From NCBI GenBank assembly GCA_937625935.1, contig OW569346.1, forward strand, positions 186,001 through 250,000: DNA of 64,000 nt, written 5' to 3'. A program made the translations under genes and the position numbers. Of this stretch, positions 34,585-47,041 are shown piece by piece; the first letter of the stretch is position 1, and each line of letters begins with the position of its first letter. Source of the stretch: Tetramitus jugosus. Taxonomy: Eukaryota > Protista > Heterolobosea. The notes beneath the pieces were generated by a model. The model worked only from the letters and a program-made list of their open reading frames with translations, did not search any database and was not told where the DNA came from.

Positions 34585-37500
34585 TTATGAGAGAAGGAAT
34601 GAGTTTTGGCCGTGCTCGATAGCCTTCATCAATTGTGTCTTCAGTACATGTTCGCTAGAGTAGTTGGGAAGTTTGATGAAATTGGCGCAGGTCATGACAG
34701 AAGGCAAGAACATGTCAGGTGATAGACTGGGAGCATCGGATGGCACCGGCTTGAGAACAATGGTCATCTTTGGACTGAGTGCCTTGAGACCCCCACTGGG
34801 CAGCTTGACACAACCAGTGACAAACTTTAGGAACAGTCTCTGCTCTGTGCTGTTCATCTGACTCAGAACAGAGAAGAAATATTGAACTGCTCTGCTTGAA
34901 TTGGTGTATCCGTGATCGCAGTGTGTATTCTCCATCAGGTATTGTACAGTCCATTGTTCTTCACAGCCACAAATCATATCATCCAACTCTGCGAATGAGA
35001 AATAGTTGAGCATGGTGAGACTGGAGAGAGAAATGACTTCGGAGAAGCCCTTCCTGAATGCTTCGGCCTGGTTTGATATGCCCCTTCTGAGTAGGTGTTC
35101 AATAATCAATTCAATATACTCCTCCAGATTCCAAATCGTGACATCAATCTCACTGCCACCAGGCTTCAGTTCAATGTGAGGATAACCTGGCAGCACAAAC
35201 ACCTGGTATAACATATCGATAGTTGTCTTTCCATCGTTACCTAGTGTCAGCGACTCAACAGCTTTCTTCTGCTTATTCTTGTCACTAGTGGATGAACTCT
35301 CAATCTTGTGCTTTTCTTGGACGAGTGCTCTCATGGACTCTAGCTGTTTGTAAAGGATTGGATCAATGAGTTTCAAGTCATGGTATTGAAGTTTGTGACC
35401 CTGGATCGCCTTGTACAGTGCATTGGAGAATGGAAGATCGACAATGCGGTCGTCATACAGTGCTCTTGCCACGAAGCGTCCCAGGAATCTGAAGATGCGG
35501 CGTGCTTTGGACACTGCGACAACATCGTCGGAATCAATGGGTTTTGGGAACAGTCCACAAGATGACTTGACAGTTCTATTGTGGTAGGAGTCTTCATTCT
35601 GCTTGTCATTAGAATCATCTTCGGCCGTGTATTCGTCCTTCCAAATGTTGAGCTTTGCCTTCTGCAACTCCGCAGAGACCAATGTATAAAATTCGAGTGT
35701 TGGTCCAAGTCCCGTGCCCTCTTCATTCTCATACTCAAACTCCAGCACAGCTTTTGTTACACCATGCTTCTCAATCACCTTGAAGGCCGATTGAAGGAAA
35801 TTAGGTTCTCTAGCCAACTTAATCTTTTGTTTCTCCATTCGGACCATGTTGCTGTTGCGTTTCACGTTGTGATTGTTTTCGTTCCTGAGTTGTCTCTCCT
35901 GGATTCTCTTAATTGCTCTCGCGATTCCAAAGTTCAAGTGGAAGTACAACTTTCTGGTGTCATAGGAAAACAGGAATCCACAATGAGAGATCAACTGTGT
36001 GACCCATGACGGCATGCACTTTGTAAACAGAATATAAGGATCCTGTAGCTGTCGGATGAGCTTCGATTGCAACTTGGCGTTGATAAACTCTCGTTTCATA
36101 ATGAGTCTGTTTCTCTTCTCCTCTCCAATCTTTTCAATATGTGGCAATATGTCTGTATTAACGTTAAGTAGGTTGATCAGACGGAGGAGATTGAGACAAG
36201 AGACAGCATCCTCATCCACACCACCCACGCTATTCAATGTGAGTACAGATGCAAAGTCTCGGTCCAGAGCGATATTCAGTCTATTGACTGCATCGAGCTT
36301 CTCGAGTGATTCCTTTGCGGTCTGAGATTCATTGAGCGAGTCAATGGTGGCATACTTGATTATACCTGATTGAGAAATACTTCTTCTCTTCTCAGAGAGG
36401 ACTCTCTTTTGTTGTTGTGACTTTCTGTCTCTCTTGGAAGAGACTGCGACTTGCCAATCCTCCTCGTCTTCAGGTTCGTTGTTCTCCTGTTGGACAAATG
36501 GTGATGAAGATGATGGCAATGAGGTCCTCAGTGATGATGCAAGTACCTCTTCATACTCCATCGAGTGAGTAGAATCCCACAACCTCATAGTAGCAGGATG
36601 CTGCAATGTCTTTCCTGGTTTACGAGTGTGACTGTACAGGGCTTGGAAGACTGATTCCAGCGGATTCAACAATTTTCCATTCATATACAATTGGAATGCG
36701 ATTGGTCCCTGTTGCTGGTCCTTGTCTTTCTCATCAATATCACTTTGTTCATCCAAAAACTTGTACCTGTTGTCGGCCTGTGAGGATGAGGAAGAGGAGG
36801 TGGATGGACTACTGGTGGACTTCTTGCTCTCAGTGATATCGACTGTGTTGGTCAAGCGCGAACCATTGAAATCTTCTTCCTCTTCCTCTTCAACTTCGAA
36901 GTAGGATGTGGCAGAGGTTGATACGTTGACATTCTCGTGTGGTGTTTTGACTTCTTCTTCGTCATCTTCCTCTTCGTCTTCATCTACATCGTCATCGTCC
37001 TCAAGTCCCTCTTCGTCTTCTACTTCCTGCTTCTCACTCTCTTCCTGTTCTCGCTTCTGTTTCTTTTGTGGACTGTCTTCGGATGACTCATCCTTCTGCT
37101 TTGATGAACGGCTTTGGAGAAACTGTAGCACAGTGCTCAATTCTGCCAATGGAGAAATCATGACTTCAAACACAACAGCCTTCTTTTTCGAATCCGTTGG
37201 GCCACGTTTGGTGATTCTTAGTTTCATTGGCTTGGACAGTGCATGAACCGTGTGAGCCACACTCTGCAGCAATCCATGATGTTCGTTTACAATCAGACCA
37301 AAGTTTTCTACCGATGTGAGACAGTCTTGCACCTTGCGCACCAGTTCAATCAAATAGGTGTGTGGTGGTTGGAGATCACTGGCCATTCGAAGACTCGTTC
37401 TCCTCAGACTTAATGGGGAGAATCCAGGCGATCTAGTCAAGGAATCCGATCGATTCACTCTGTATGGTGATTGGTGCAACTGTTGTGATGCTCCTCCGAC

Positions 37501-40500
37501 TGTTGTTGGTTGTGCTGGATCTTCAATTCTCTGATCAAACACCTTACAGAATGTACAGATGCGTCTGAAACGCTGCACATGAACACTATTGACGTCATCG
37601 TCATGACCAATTTCCGTTGAAAGTTTGGTCAAGTAGTTGTTGAGAGCGCTGATAATACCACTGGAGAAGACTTCAAAATTGGAGACGCCTTCGATCAACA
37701 TGGATCGAATGCTCTTCAAACATTCAAGCTCTTCTGACTCACTCGGATCATCGACAAAGGATTTCAATTCGGATGCGAGGTCACTGAGCTTCGAAACAAC
37801 AACACTGTTGAACTTGCTGGAATCGGCAAAGTACTTTTGTTGAAACAGTTGCGCTACGGCAACCACATAGGACAAGAGTTCCAAGCTGGTCATTGTCGAA
37901 TGATCACATTTCTGTGAGGAGAGAGAAGAGGATACAGGTGGATCAGGTGCATGAACCTTTGGTGGGACAAAATGTACCTTGTCAACTGTCGTTGCTTGCT
38001 TGCTCTCTTGCTCTTCATTATCATCGTCTGTCATTTGACTACCGGCATTAGAGTTCTTTTCTGCTTCTTCTTGCTCTGCCTTCTCCTTCTTTGCGCGATC
38101 TAGTTTCTCCTGCTGTTCCTTTTGCGTTTTCTCTGCCTTTTGGTACTCCCTCAACACCTTGGTTTTCATCATGTCGAGCATGAGACTCACCTTCTTGTCG
38201 TTCACTTCGCAACCACTCAATTTTCGAATCTGGTACAGCACGCCTTCTCTCACCAAATATTCACTAAAGATATCGGGCAACTTGCTCATCAGAATCTCTG
38301 CAAATTGAATCGCAGTGGCCACCTGGATCAATCGAGGTGATGCGAGAACGCTGCTGATAAATGTACTGATGGGAATCGTTAGCAACATTGTTTTGAGCAT
38401 GTCAGGCGTAGAAAAGTACAGAACGGTACCAATCACAGTGAGACACCGATTGGCCACGTGCTCCACATGAGTCGAACTGAACATGTCAATCAACAAGGGA
38501 ATCATGCATTGACCAAAATTGATCAATAAATCAGGATTCTTCTCAAACAGAGACTTCTTTTGTTCGAATTGAGTTCGCTCTTCTGATGATGAAGAGGACG
38601 AGGAGGATGCAAGTTGTTGTTGTTGTGTAGATGCCATACGTCTCAGTTGCGACAAGAGTGCGTGGGGTGAAGAGGATGGTGCTGGTGGTTGAGTGGAAGC
38701 TGAGGATGATGGTGATGACAATTGCTTCACACTGTCCCATTCAAGGTATTGAACCGGAGTAGCCATTGTCTGCAACAACATTTTGCGACTCTGAGGAGAC
38801 AACTCGGTCACGAAATTGATGTCATCAGTGTGGTGTGCATTCTTGTTGTCCAGTGACCGATCAGGCAACAATTCCAACAGTAATTGTAAAATTTCACCCA
38901 AGTGTTCCTTGATGACCCTAGAGCTATAACTATTGTTTGTTGATAATTTTGCAGTGGAACCACCACTGTTGTTACTGTTACTACTATTTTGTGTCAAGTC
39001 TACTCCGCTTGCCGAGTTCTCCATATCTGCATCACCATCATCGACATCGTCCTGTACAGCTGCATTTGACTCGTGATCCTCTCTACCGTGCTCCAACAAT
39101 GTACTCAACATGATGGCAATGCCTCGTTCGTGAAGCATTTGACACACAGAAAATGAACCGTGGGACACAATGGTGAAAAAATTAATGACACTGCTCAGTG
39201 TTGCTCGACTCACCGCACTCTTGTTGACAGCTGTATTGTGGGAAGCATTATTGCCGTCATCACCATCCAGAGACAAAATGTTGTAAAACTGGTCCAATAT
39301 CTGTCCATTGCTCACCTGGATCAAATACTGCAATTTTTCATCATTATGTGCCAGTGCACATGCAATGCGATAAAAGCACTTGCAACCACACTCGACAATC
39401 TTTGAATCACTCGAATGAAGAAACTGGATGAGATTGGGTATGGCATCCTTGACTGCACTCTCAAACAAGTCCTCGCTGGTAATTCTCCGGCATAGCTGAG
39501 ACGCAACCAAGGCAATTTTTCTCTGAATGTCCAGACTGAAAAAGTCGATAAACATGAGAACGGCCATCAAAACACCACTCTTGAGCAACGGTGTGCTGAG
39601 AGCAGCAGAGATGGGTGAATCGAAATCATTCATGTAGGACAATAGTCTACTGCTGCCATGATGGTGATGATGATGACGATGTTGTTGTTGTTGTTGTTGT
39701 TGGAGGTGGAGGTGGTGATGAATGGCGGCACTTGAGGTGCGATTCATTTGACCACTGCTCGATGAGACAGTCACACCCACGTTTTGACAAATCATGACGT
39801 ACAGGCATTGGATGCACTGCTCTGCCAAATCAATATATTCAATATTCAACAATTTTTCAATAAAGACAGCAATGGCACCATCACGAATGAGAAAGTGACT
39901 AGTTGCTGGCATGGCATCAATCATGTTGGTCAATGCTCTTGCAGATACAACTGTGTATGTGTGTGTGTGGAGGTGTGGAGAGAATAGTATCAGATGTTTG
40001 TCAGTATACATGTGCCATAAAAACAAAATACAATGACGGAAAAAAATACAAAAAAAAATACAAAAAAAAAGAATACATACGTGCGAGATCATAATTCTCA
40101 TCAGATTGCAACAATCGAACCAAGTGAGGCACAAATTCTCCAATTCTACTCACTTGACTCAAACTCTGTTCATTGCTCATGGACAGGAAATGACACAACT
40201 CGCTCACAGCATCATAATTCTCTCCCATTCCTGCATCTTCTGACAATTGAGTCAACAGTTGATTGACTTTTTCATTGGAGAGTCGAAGGGCACCTCCTCC
40301 ACTAATGATTCCACCAAATAAATCACCACCACCACCACCACTACTGGATGATTCACTATCACCACTGTTGCTACTACTGCTTGCCAATGATTGAATAATT
40401 CTTTCAAAGAGATTGGTGTTATTGTTGTTGGTATTCATGTCTTCGTCTTCGTCTTCTTCTTCTTCGTTATTGTTGTTGGAGGATGAAGTAGTTTGATTTT

Positions 40501-41383
40501 TTTGATACTTTTTTCTCTTCTTTCTTGCGTTGTTGCTGTTGGAATGAGTATCTTGTTCTTCTTCTTGTTCTTGTTGTTGATTGTTAAGTTTTTGACGTTT
40601 TCTGTATTCAGTATCAATCCCAAGATCAACCAATCACAAAAAGCAAAAATGTGTTTTTTGATTTGTTGTTGTGTTGTTGTTTTTTTGAGGTTCACAAGTT
40701 CCAAGAAAAAATGTTTTTTTTGCATTGGCGCAAAACAAAGGGTGAGTAAGCCGGAGAAATATGAGTTTAGCTTAAAAAAATGACGGTTCCAGGTTCAAAT
40801 AATAAGACCTGAATGGAGACAAATGATGATCGTCATACCTGTTGCGATTTCTCTTCTTCTTCTTCTTCTTATGTGAATCTTCTGAAAATGATATGGCACC
40901 TGTGCTGCTACTACTACTACTACTGCTGCTTGAATCCATTGTTGTTGGCTGTGCATTGTTGGAGACATCATCTTCGCTCTCTTCTTCTTCATTTGCATGG
41001 TGTACTTGTTGTTTGCGATTGAAAGCTTTTGATCTCTTTCTCTTCTTAGTAGTACCACTACTACTACTGCTATTAATGTTGTTATTGCTGTTACTATTAT
41101 TATTATTATTATTGTTGGTGGGTGATGGTGTTCTTGATGTTGTTGTTGTTGTGGATGAGGAAGATGAAGCAACAGTGTTATTGTTGTTATTGTTGTTGTT
41201 ACTATGATGATTCGTTCTCTTATTCTTCTGCTTCCTAGCCTTGTTTTGTGGTTGTGGATCAACGTTACTGCTATTCGTGTTGTTCATGGACGCATTGCTG
41301 CTGTTGTTGATGTTGCTTCTGTTGTCAACTTCATTGTTGTCATGATCAGTCAGAGATTGATGCTTGTTTTTCTTGTGTGCCAT
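34585..41383 (-). CDS. TRIP12: ARM-repeat HECT E3 ubiquitin ligase (TRIP12/UPL3/Ufd4 family); exons 41383-40839, 40601-40081, 39950-34585
   Basis: ELCHFLSMSNE, LNIEYIDLAEQC, EFINAKLQSKLIRQLQDP, EYENEEGTGLGPTLEFY, catalytic LPSVMTCANFIKLPNYSS, GQNSFLLS; introns 40602-40838 and 39951-40080 restore the frame. Confidence 0.9.
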
Positions 41384-41866
41384 CGGTTTGATAATATTGG
41401 TGATGATTCGCTCTCTCGATTCACTTGCTTGTTATTTGTTCTCGTAAAAACTTGAAGGGCAGCTTTTGAGTGTTGTTATTGTTGTTACAAATACGCTGTT
41501 ATGGTGTTGTTGTTGTTGTTGTGGTTTATCAGGTTCTCTCTCCTATTTACAGAATAATAAAAATGGTGATGTCTTTGTTGTGATTGTGTTTTTTTGTTTG
41601 AATGTCTCTTGGAGAAGAGTTTCAAGTTTCTGTGTGCACAAGAGTCAGAGATGTGCAGCTTTTTTTTTAGTTAAATTGGGACGTAAACAAAGCAAGCATG
41701 CACTTTGTTTTTGGCGTGTATTCCATGGCAGAGCGGAGATTAAAAGTCTGTAAATTTTTGGAAGTTGGGCCATACTGGCTGAGAAGAGAGAAAATTTCAC
41801 ACGCCACGGATACGGATGGAAAAAACTCAATCAGAATAACGTGATCAAGATTCCGTAGGCCCGAAC

Positions 41867-43120
41867 ATGATGAAACGATTGTTCCTATTGGGTAGTGTTG
41901 CTGCAGGAGTGGGTTACTATGAATCGAGAGACGTCCACAGTCCAATCTATCCTCGAGTCATTCTGCCTGTGATGCATCGTTGGATGGACGCAGAACAAGC
42001 TCACAATTTTAGTGTCATGGCCGCATCGTTGGGCCTCACTCCCAAACTCAAGCACTCTCTCATTCCAAACGAGAGTCAAAATGATCGAATCATGTTGCAT
42101 GTTTCAGTGTTGGACATGCAATTTGACAATCCCATTGGATTGGCTGCTGGTTATGACAAGAATGCTCAGTGCATGAGTGCGTTGAGTGAGATGGGGTTCG
42201 GTTTCATGGAAGTGGGCAGTATTTGCCCATTGCCACAAGATGGCAATCCAAAGCCTAGAATCTTTAGAGCCAAGACGATCACAACAGAAGGAGCCAACAA
42301 TGAGTTGGCGTTTGATACCATTGTGAATCGATGTGGTTTCAATTCTCATGGCATGGACATTGCTGAAGAACGGTTGAAGCAATATGTGAGCCACAAGAAG
42401 AATGAGAAACAGACAAACGTGGTGTTTCCTGTTGGTGTCAACATTGGAAAGAACAAGATTAGTGATGCAGACTCTGTGGATGACTATGTCACTGGATTGA
42501 ACCGTCTCTCACCATATGCTGACTTTATGGTTGTAAACGTATCATCTCCCAACACGCCTGGTCTTCGCGGCTTACAGAACAGAGATCCAATGATGAAACT
42601 GTTGTCAGAGATTCAAAAGTTTAAAGTGAACAATGCAAATAAGAAGAAGGTGCTCATCAAGATTGCACCTGATTTAACAATGGACCAAAAGAAGGATATC
42701 GCACAATTGGCACTCGAGTATGGAATCGATGGTATCATTGTGTCTAACACAACCATTGACAGACCAAACAAGAGTCAGTTCACAAGTGAGACAGCGCGTG
42801 TGATGGATGAGACTGGTGGACTTTCTGGAAAACCTCTGTTCAGCAAATCGACTAACGTGTTGAGAGACATGTATCGATTGACAGGAGGCAAAGTTGTGCT
42901 CATTGGTGTTGGTGGTGTCATGAACGGACAGGACGCACTGGAGAAGATTGAGGCTGGTGCGAGCCTTGTCCAAATCTATACTGCATTCACTGCCAAGGGT
43001 CCATCTGTCGTAGATCAAATCAATTACGAGTTGGTACAGCTGTTGAAGCAAAAGGGTTACAAGAATGTGTCCGAGGCTGTCGGCAAAGGATCGTCCGCAT
43101 CCCAATACCCAACAAAATAA
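41867..43120 (+). CDS. DHODH: Dihydroorotate dehydrogenase (quinone), class 2, mitochondrial
   Basis: NPIGLAAGYDKN, GNPKPRIFR, NRCGFNS, NIGKNK, VNVSSPNTPGLR, KIAPD, GGLSGKPL. Confidence 0.96.
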   Translation: MMKRLFLLGSVAAGVGYYESRDVHSPIYPRVILPVMHRWMDAEQAHNFSVMAASLGLTPKLKHSLIPNESQNDRIMLHVSVLDMQFDNPIGLAAGYDKNAQCMSALSEMGFGFMEVGSICPLPQDGNPKPRIFRAKTITTEGANNELAFDTIVNRCGFNSHGMDIAEERLKQYVSHKKNEKQTNVVFPVGVNIGKNKISDADSVDDYVTGLNRLSPYADFMVVNVSSPNTPGLRGLQNRDPMMKLLSEIQKFKVNNANKKKVLIKIAPDLTMDQKKDIAQLALEYGIDGIIVSNTTIDRPNKSQFTSETARVMDETGGLSGKPLFSKSTNVLRDMYRLTGGKVVLIGVGGVMNGQDALEKIEAGASLVQIYTAFTAKGPSVVDQINYELVQLLKQKGYKNVSEAVGKGSSASQYPTK

Positions 43121-43212
43121 ACATGGGAAGTTTCGCATTTCCTGCAGCAACACACCAAACAAGCAAACAAAAGAGAGAACACCACCACCAGTACCACACA
43201 CAAAGATTACTC

Positions 43213-44423
43213 ATGTCCACGATGGAAACAAGACAAGAAGAGTTGTGCACAACAGAAGTGAGAGCTCTATGCTGGGGTATTCTCTCCACTGCTAACATTG
43301 CCATTAAGGTGATCGACGGCATGCACAAGTCTCCATTTGCTGTTCCAACAGCAGTAGCCAGTCGATCACTCGATAAGGCTAAAAAGTTTGCAGAGTTGAC
43401 TCGTGTTCCCAAGTACTATGGATCATATGACGAGTTGTTGAGAGATGAAGAGATTGATGCAATCTACATACCTGTGCCTACAGGATTGAGAACTTCTCTA
43501 GTTTTCAGTGCTGCCAAAGCAAAGAAGCATGTGCTGGTGGAGAAGCCATTTCTGAGTTCTGAGAATGTGGAAGAGATGAGAAGAGTTTGTCAGGAGAATG
43601 GTGTAATGTTCATGGGTATGTTCTTATTCCTTCGAAGTGCCACAACGCTAGTGAGTCTTTGCGATTGATTGACCTTGATTCTAATCCACCTTTCATTTTA
43701 ATGTGTACCTCGCAAATAGACAACACTATGTGGCTCCATCACAAGAGAACACTTGATATCAAGCAAAAGGTTGACATGTTCAACAAGGAACCTGGAACAG
43801 TTGGTGCACTCCAGAAAGCCAGAGCTAGCTTCAACTACAACTTACTTCACGTTGATCCAAACAATATTCGATTTGATCGGGCATTGGAACCATATGGTGC
43901 CTTGGGTGATTTGGGATGGTACTGCATTGGTCACATCTTGCACTTCTTTAATGAGCTACCAACCAAAGTGTGGGCAACTGCTGATTACAGCCATGACAAC
44001 GACAAGGACAAGGGTGTCATTGTGAGATGTGATGGAGTTTTGTGGTTCTCACATGGCAGAAAAGCATCATTTGACTGTTCTTTCCTGGAATGTACCATTC
44101 AAGATGCAGAGTACATTACTGAATCCAGCATTGTTCGTGTGCATGACTTTGTGATCCCATTTGAGAATGATCCGTTTGCCTTCCCTAGAGAAAAGTACGA
44201 TGCCACAACTCGTTACACAGAATCAAATGACATTGGAATTACAAAGCAACACGTGGTTGACTCTCATACACAACACGCTCAAGTGTTTGATGATTTTGCT
44301 GTTGCCTCCATTTCTCCACTTTCAAAGGAGTCACAGATATGGGCAGAGAGAACATTGGGAAACATGCGTGTTTTGGATGCACTTTTCCAATCTGCCTACA
44401 CCGAACAAGTGGTCCAACTGTAA
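43213..44423 (+). CDS. Gfo/Idh/MocA-family oxidoreductase; exons 43213-43615, 43720-44423 (alternative start 43123)
   Basis: WGILSTANIA, AVASRS, KHVLVEKP, FM|DNTMW across intron 43616-43719, GALGDLGWYC. Confidence 0.88.
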
Positions 44424-44517
44424 CATGTCCGTGATTCGAACTGCTTTGTTGAAACTTCATCAAAAAATTTGTGCTTGTTAATTGGAATCAAAAAAACATA
44501 AAAGACCTTTGATAAGC

Positions 44518-47019
44518 ATGAAGATTCCCACAATAGGACTTGCCCTGTTTCTGCTGGTCACCACACTTCTCCTTGTTAGTCATCATCATTGTCATCATGT
44601 TTTGGCACAGACAAGCACATGTCAATTCACAACCAGTACGTAAAATGTCATTTTTTTTTGGCGCCCAATGACGAACTACGGTGAAAATCTCACACAATGT
44701 ATGATGATACATTTGGAATAAACAACAAACAACAATAACGATCTAGATGCCTTCTATCGTTTTAATGAGACGAAAGCATGTCTGGAGAGTATCGCTTTTG
44801 ACAATCAATTGCGTCAAAAAACACTGGACACCATATCCAAGACCATTCCTCTGTACGTGTTCAAGGACATTGCAAGACAATCACCTGATCCAAACATTGT
44901 TCTCAGTGTCAACATTGAACAAGGGATAAAGAATCTCGTGCAACAAGAGTCATTTGCCAATGACTATGAATTCCAACACAGTGTCGTGAGTCTGTTTCGT
45001 TCATTGAACGATGGTCACACGCTGTACTTTGCTCCCAGTTGCTATGGCAATCTGTTTTTTAAGCAGCCATTCAATCTCATTTCTCATGAGGCAGGCATGA
45101 CTGCTGCCGATGTGAAACAACAAGTCATTAGCATTGCTTCTGTGAATGAACCATTGGCCTACTTTTTGCAAACAGAATTTGGCATTGATGTGCGCCAATA
45201 CATTGGTGATCAAGTAGTCCAAATCGATGATCAAGAAGCTGTTCAGTCTTTGATTCAGTTCAGTAACACAAGTGTTGGTGGATACAAGGATCTGGGTACT
45301 CGCTTCAATGTGGCCATCAGTGGTCTGTTCATGTCCCGACAACAAAACAGAAATGGCATGCCTACCAAAGAGAGCATGACCTATGTGCTCAAAAAGTCTG
45401 ATGGATCGCAAGTAACAATTGATTTGCCATGGATTGGTGTGTCACAGGTCAACTACACTGATGCCAATGATTTTCATTCCTCATGCATGTCACAGCTAAA
45501 TGTTCACCAAGGATTTGCAAGTCCTGCTGAACAAAAGAGGTATGAAGTTGATAATTGGGACCACTTGAAGCACATTGAGGCAGTACAAGCTGCCGCCAAT
45601 GCCAACAATAATATTAAGCAACTTGTCAAGGGAGAAAAAATTTCCTACTATGAAATTAATGGAAATGTTGGTGTGATTACCATTGCTGATTTTGGGCCTT
45701 CATCAATCCCTCAATTCGCTAAAGATTTCCAAACGAGCTTATACTTTGCCAAGTTGAACAAAATTTCAAATATGATTATTGATTTGACCAATAATGGTGG
45801 TGGAGAAGAATGTTTAGGTTATGCCCTCGTCAAATATTTGTACTCTAACTCATTCAAAGAAGATTATGTGACTTTGTTTGCAAACTCTGACATGATTCAG
45901 AGCGATCTGGGTCTAGAGTTGGCCAAGGCAGGAGCACAGAAACAAGTAAGTGATAACATTTGGTCCCCACTGCATTGGAGATCAACCAATGGTGGTGTGT
46001 TTAGAGATGAATCGTGGTACTCGAAGGGTGTCGAGCATACACGTGGAGGTGTCTCGAACAAGTATACCTCATTCGTTAAAGAGAACTATTGCGCGTCATT
46101 CTTTTCGCCCTTCTACTTCGATGATGGCTCTCTGCTCAACTATCCTCTAGATGATATAATTCTAATCTCTAATGGTCGTTGTGCCAGTACTTGTGCCTTA
46201 TTTTCCAGACATTTACAGGATTCAAGAAAAGTGAAGACAGTCGTTGTAGGTGGCATCACTGGATTACACCAACAAATTGCTCAGGTTCCAGGTGGACAAG
46301 TATACGAATTCGAGGAGTTGATGGATGACATTAACAGATACAATCTCCAATCAAGTCCAAATGCACCATCTGCTCTCTTAACCAAATCTAGATTCCGATT
46401 CACAATTCGTGAGGCTTACTCCTGGACAAAAGGTCACACTAATTCTCCATTAGAGTTTTTCTTCGAAGGATCTGACTTCAGGTTACAATATTCTGAGAAG
46501 AGTGCCGTTGATCCAACTCAGGTTTGGATTGATGCTATCCAGTTTTTCACTACATGTGTCGAATCAAAAGAATGTCGGGTTCTCAACGGTGTTGGATATC
46601 AAGAATGCAATACGACCACTGGTCAGTATCTTCAAACTTGTCGCACAGCAAGCTGTTATCCAGGGTATGGCATCCACATGGGCGCATGCCTGAGTTGTTC
46701 GACAGGCTTCTATAACAACGGATCGACTCTCGAATGCCAGGCATGTACTCGTAAGCCTGCTCACTCCGAGTTTGCACCAAGCACCCTTCTGACAGACGAC
46801 AAATGTCCTTACGCTTGCATTTCAGGATATGCTCTATCAGCATCCAACGAGTGTGTATCGATTTCTGTTCCCTCTGGATTTGTAGCTATCAAGAAGGGTC
46901 TCATTGCATTTATTTCCATTGCAGCAATTGCTTTTCTAGTATCAACCATTGTGTTGGGAGCAGTTTCAGCCTTCTTATACTTCAGAAAGAGAAGTTCAGA
47001 ACACACGCGTTTGTTGTAA
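44518..47019 (+). CDS. Membrane-anchored S41-family (CPAF-like) peptidase with signal peptide, Cys-rich stalk and C-terminal TM; exons 44518-44635, 44747-47019
   Basis: Signal-peptide exon MKIPTIGLALFLLVTTLLLV; SLNDGHT, IDLTNNGGG, NGRCASTCALF; Cys-rich repeats; TM GLIAFISIAAIAFLV. Confidence 0.78.
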
Positions 47020-47041
47020 GATGTTCAAAGCACGTTTTCCT

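Noticed and set aside
5741-43120. Dihydropyrimidinase and DHODH as a pyrimidine gene cluster
   Set aside because: About 35 kb apart with unrelated genes between, and in opposing pathways.
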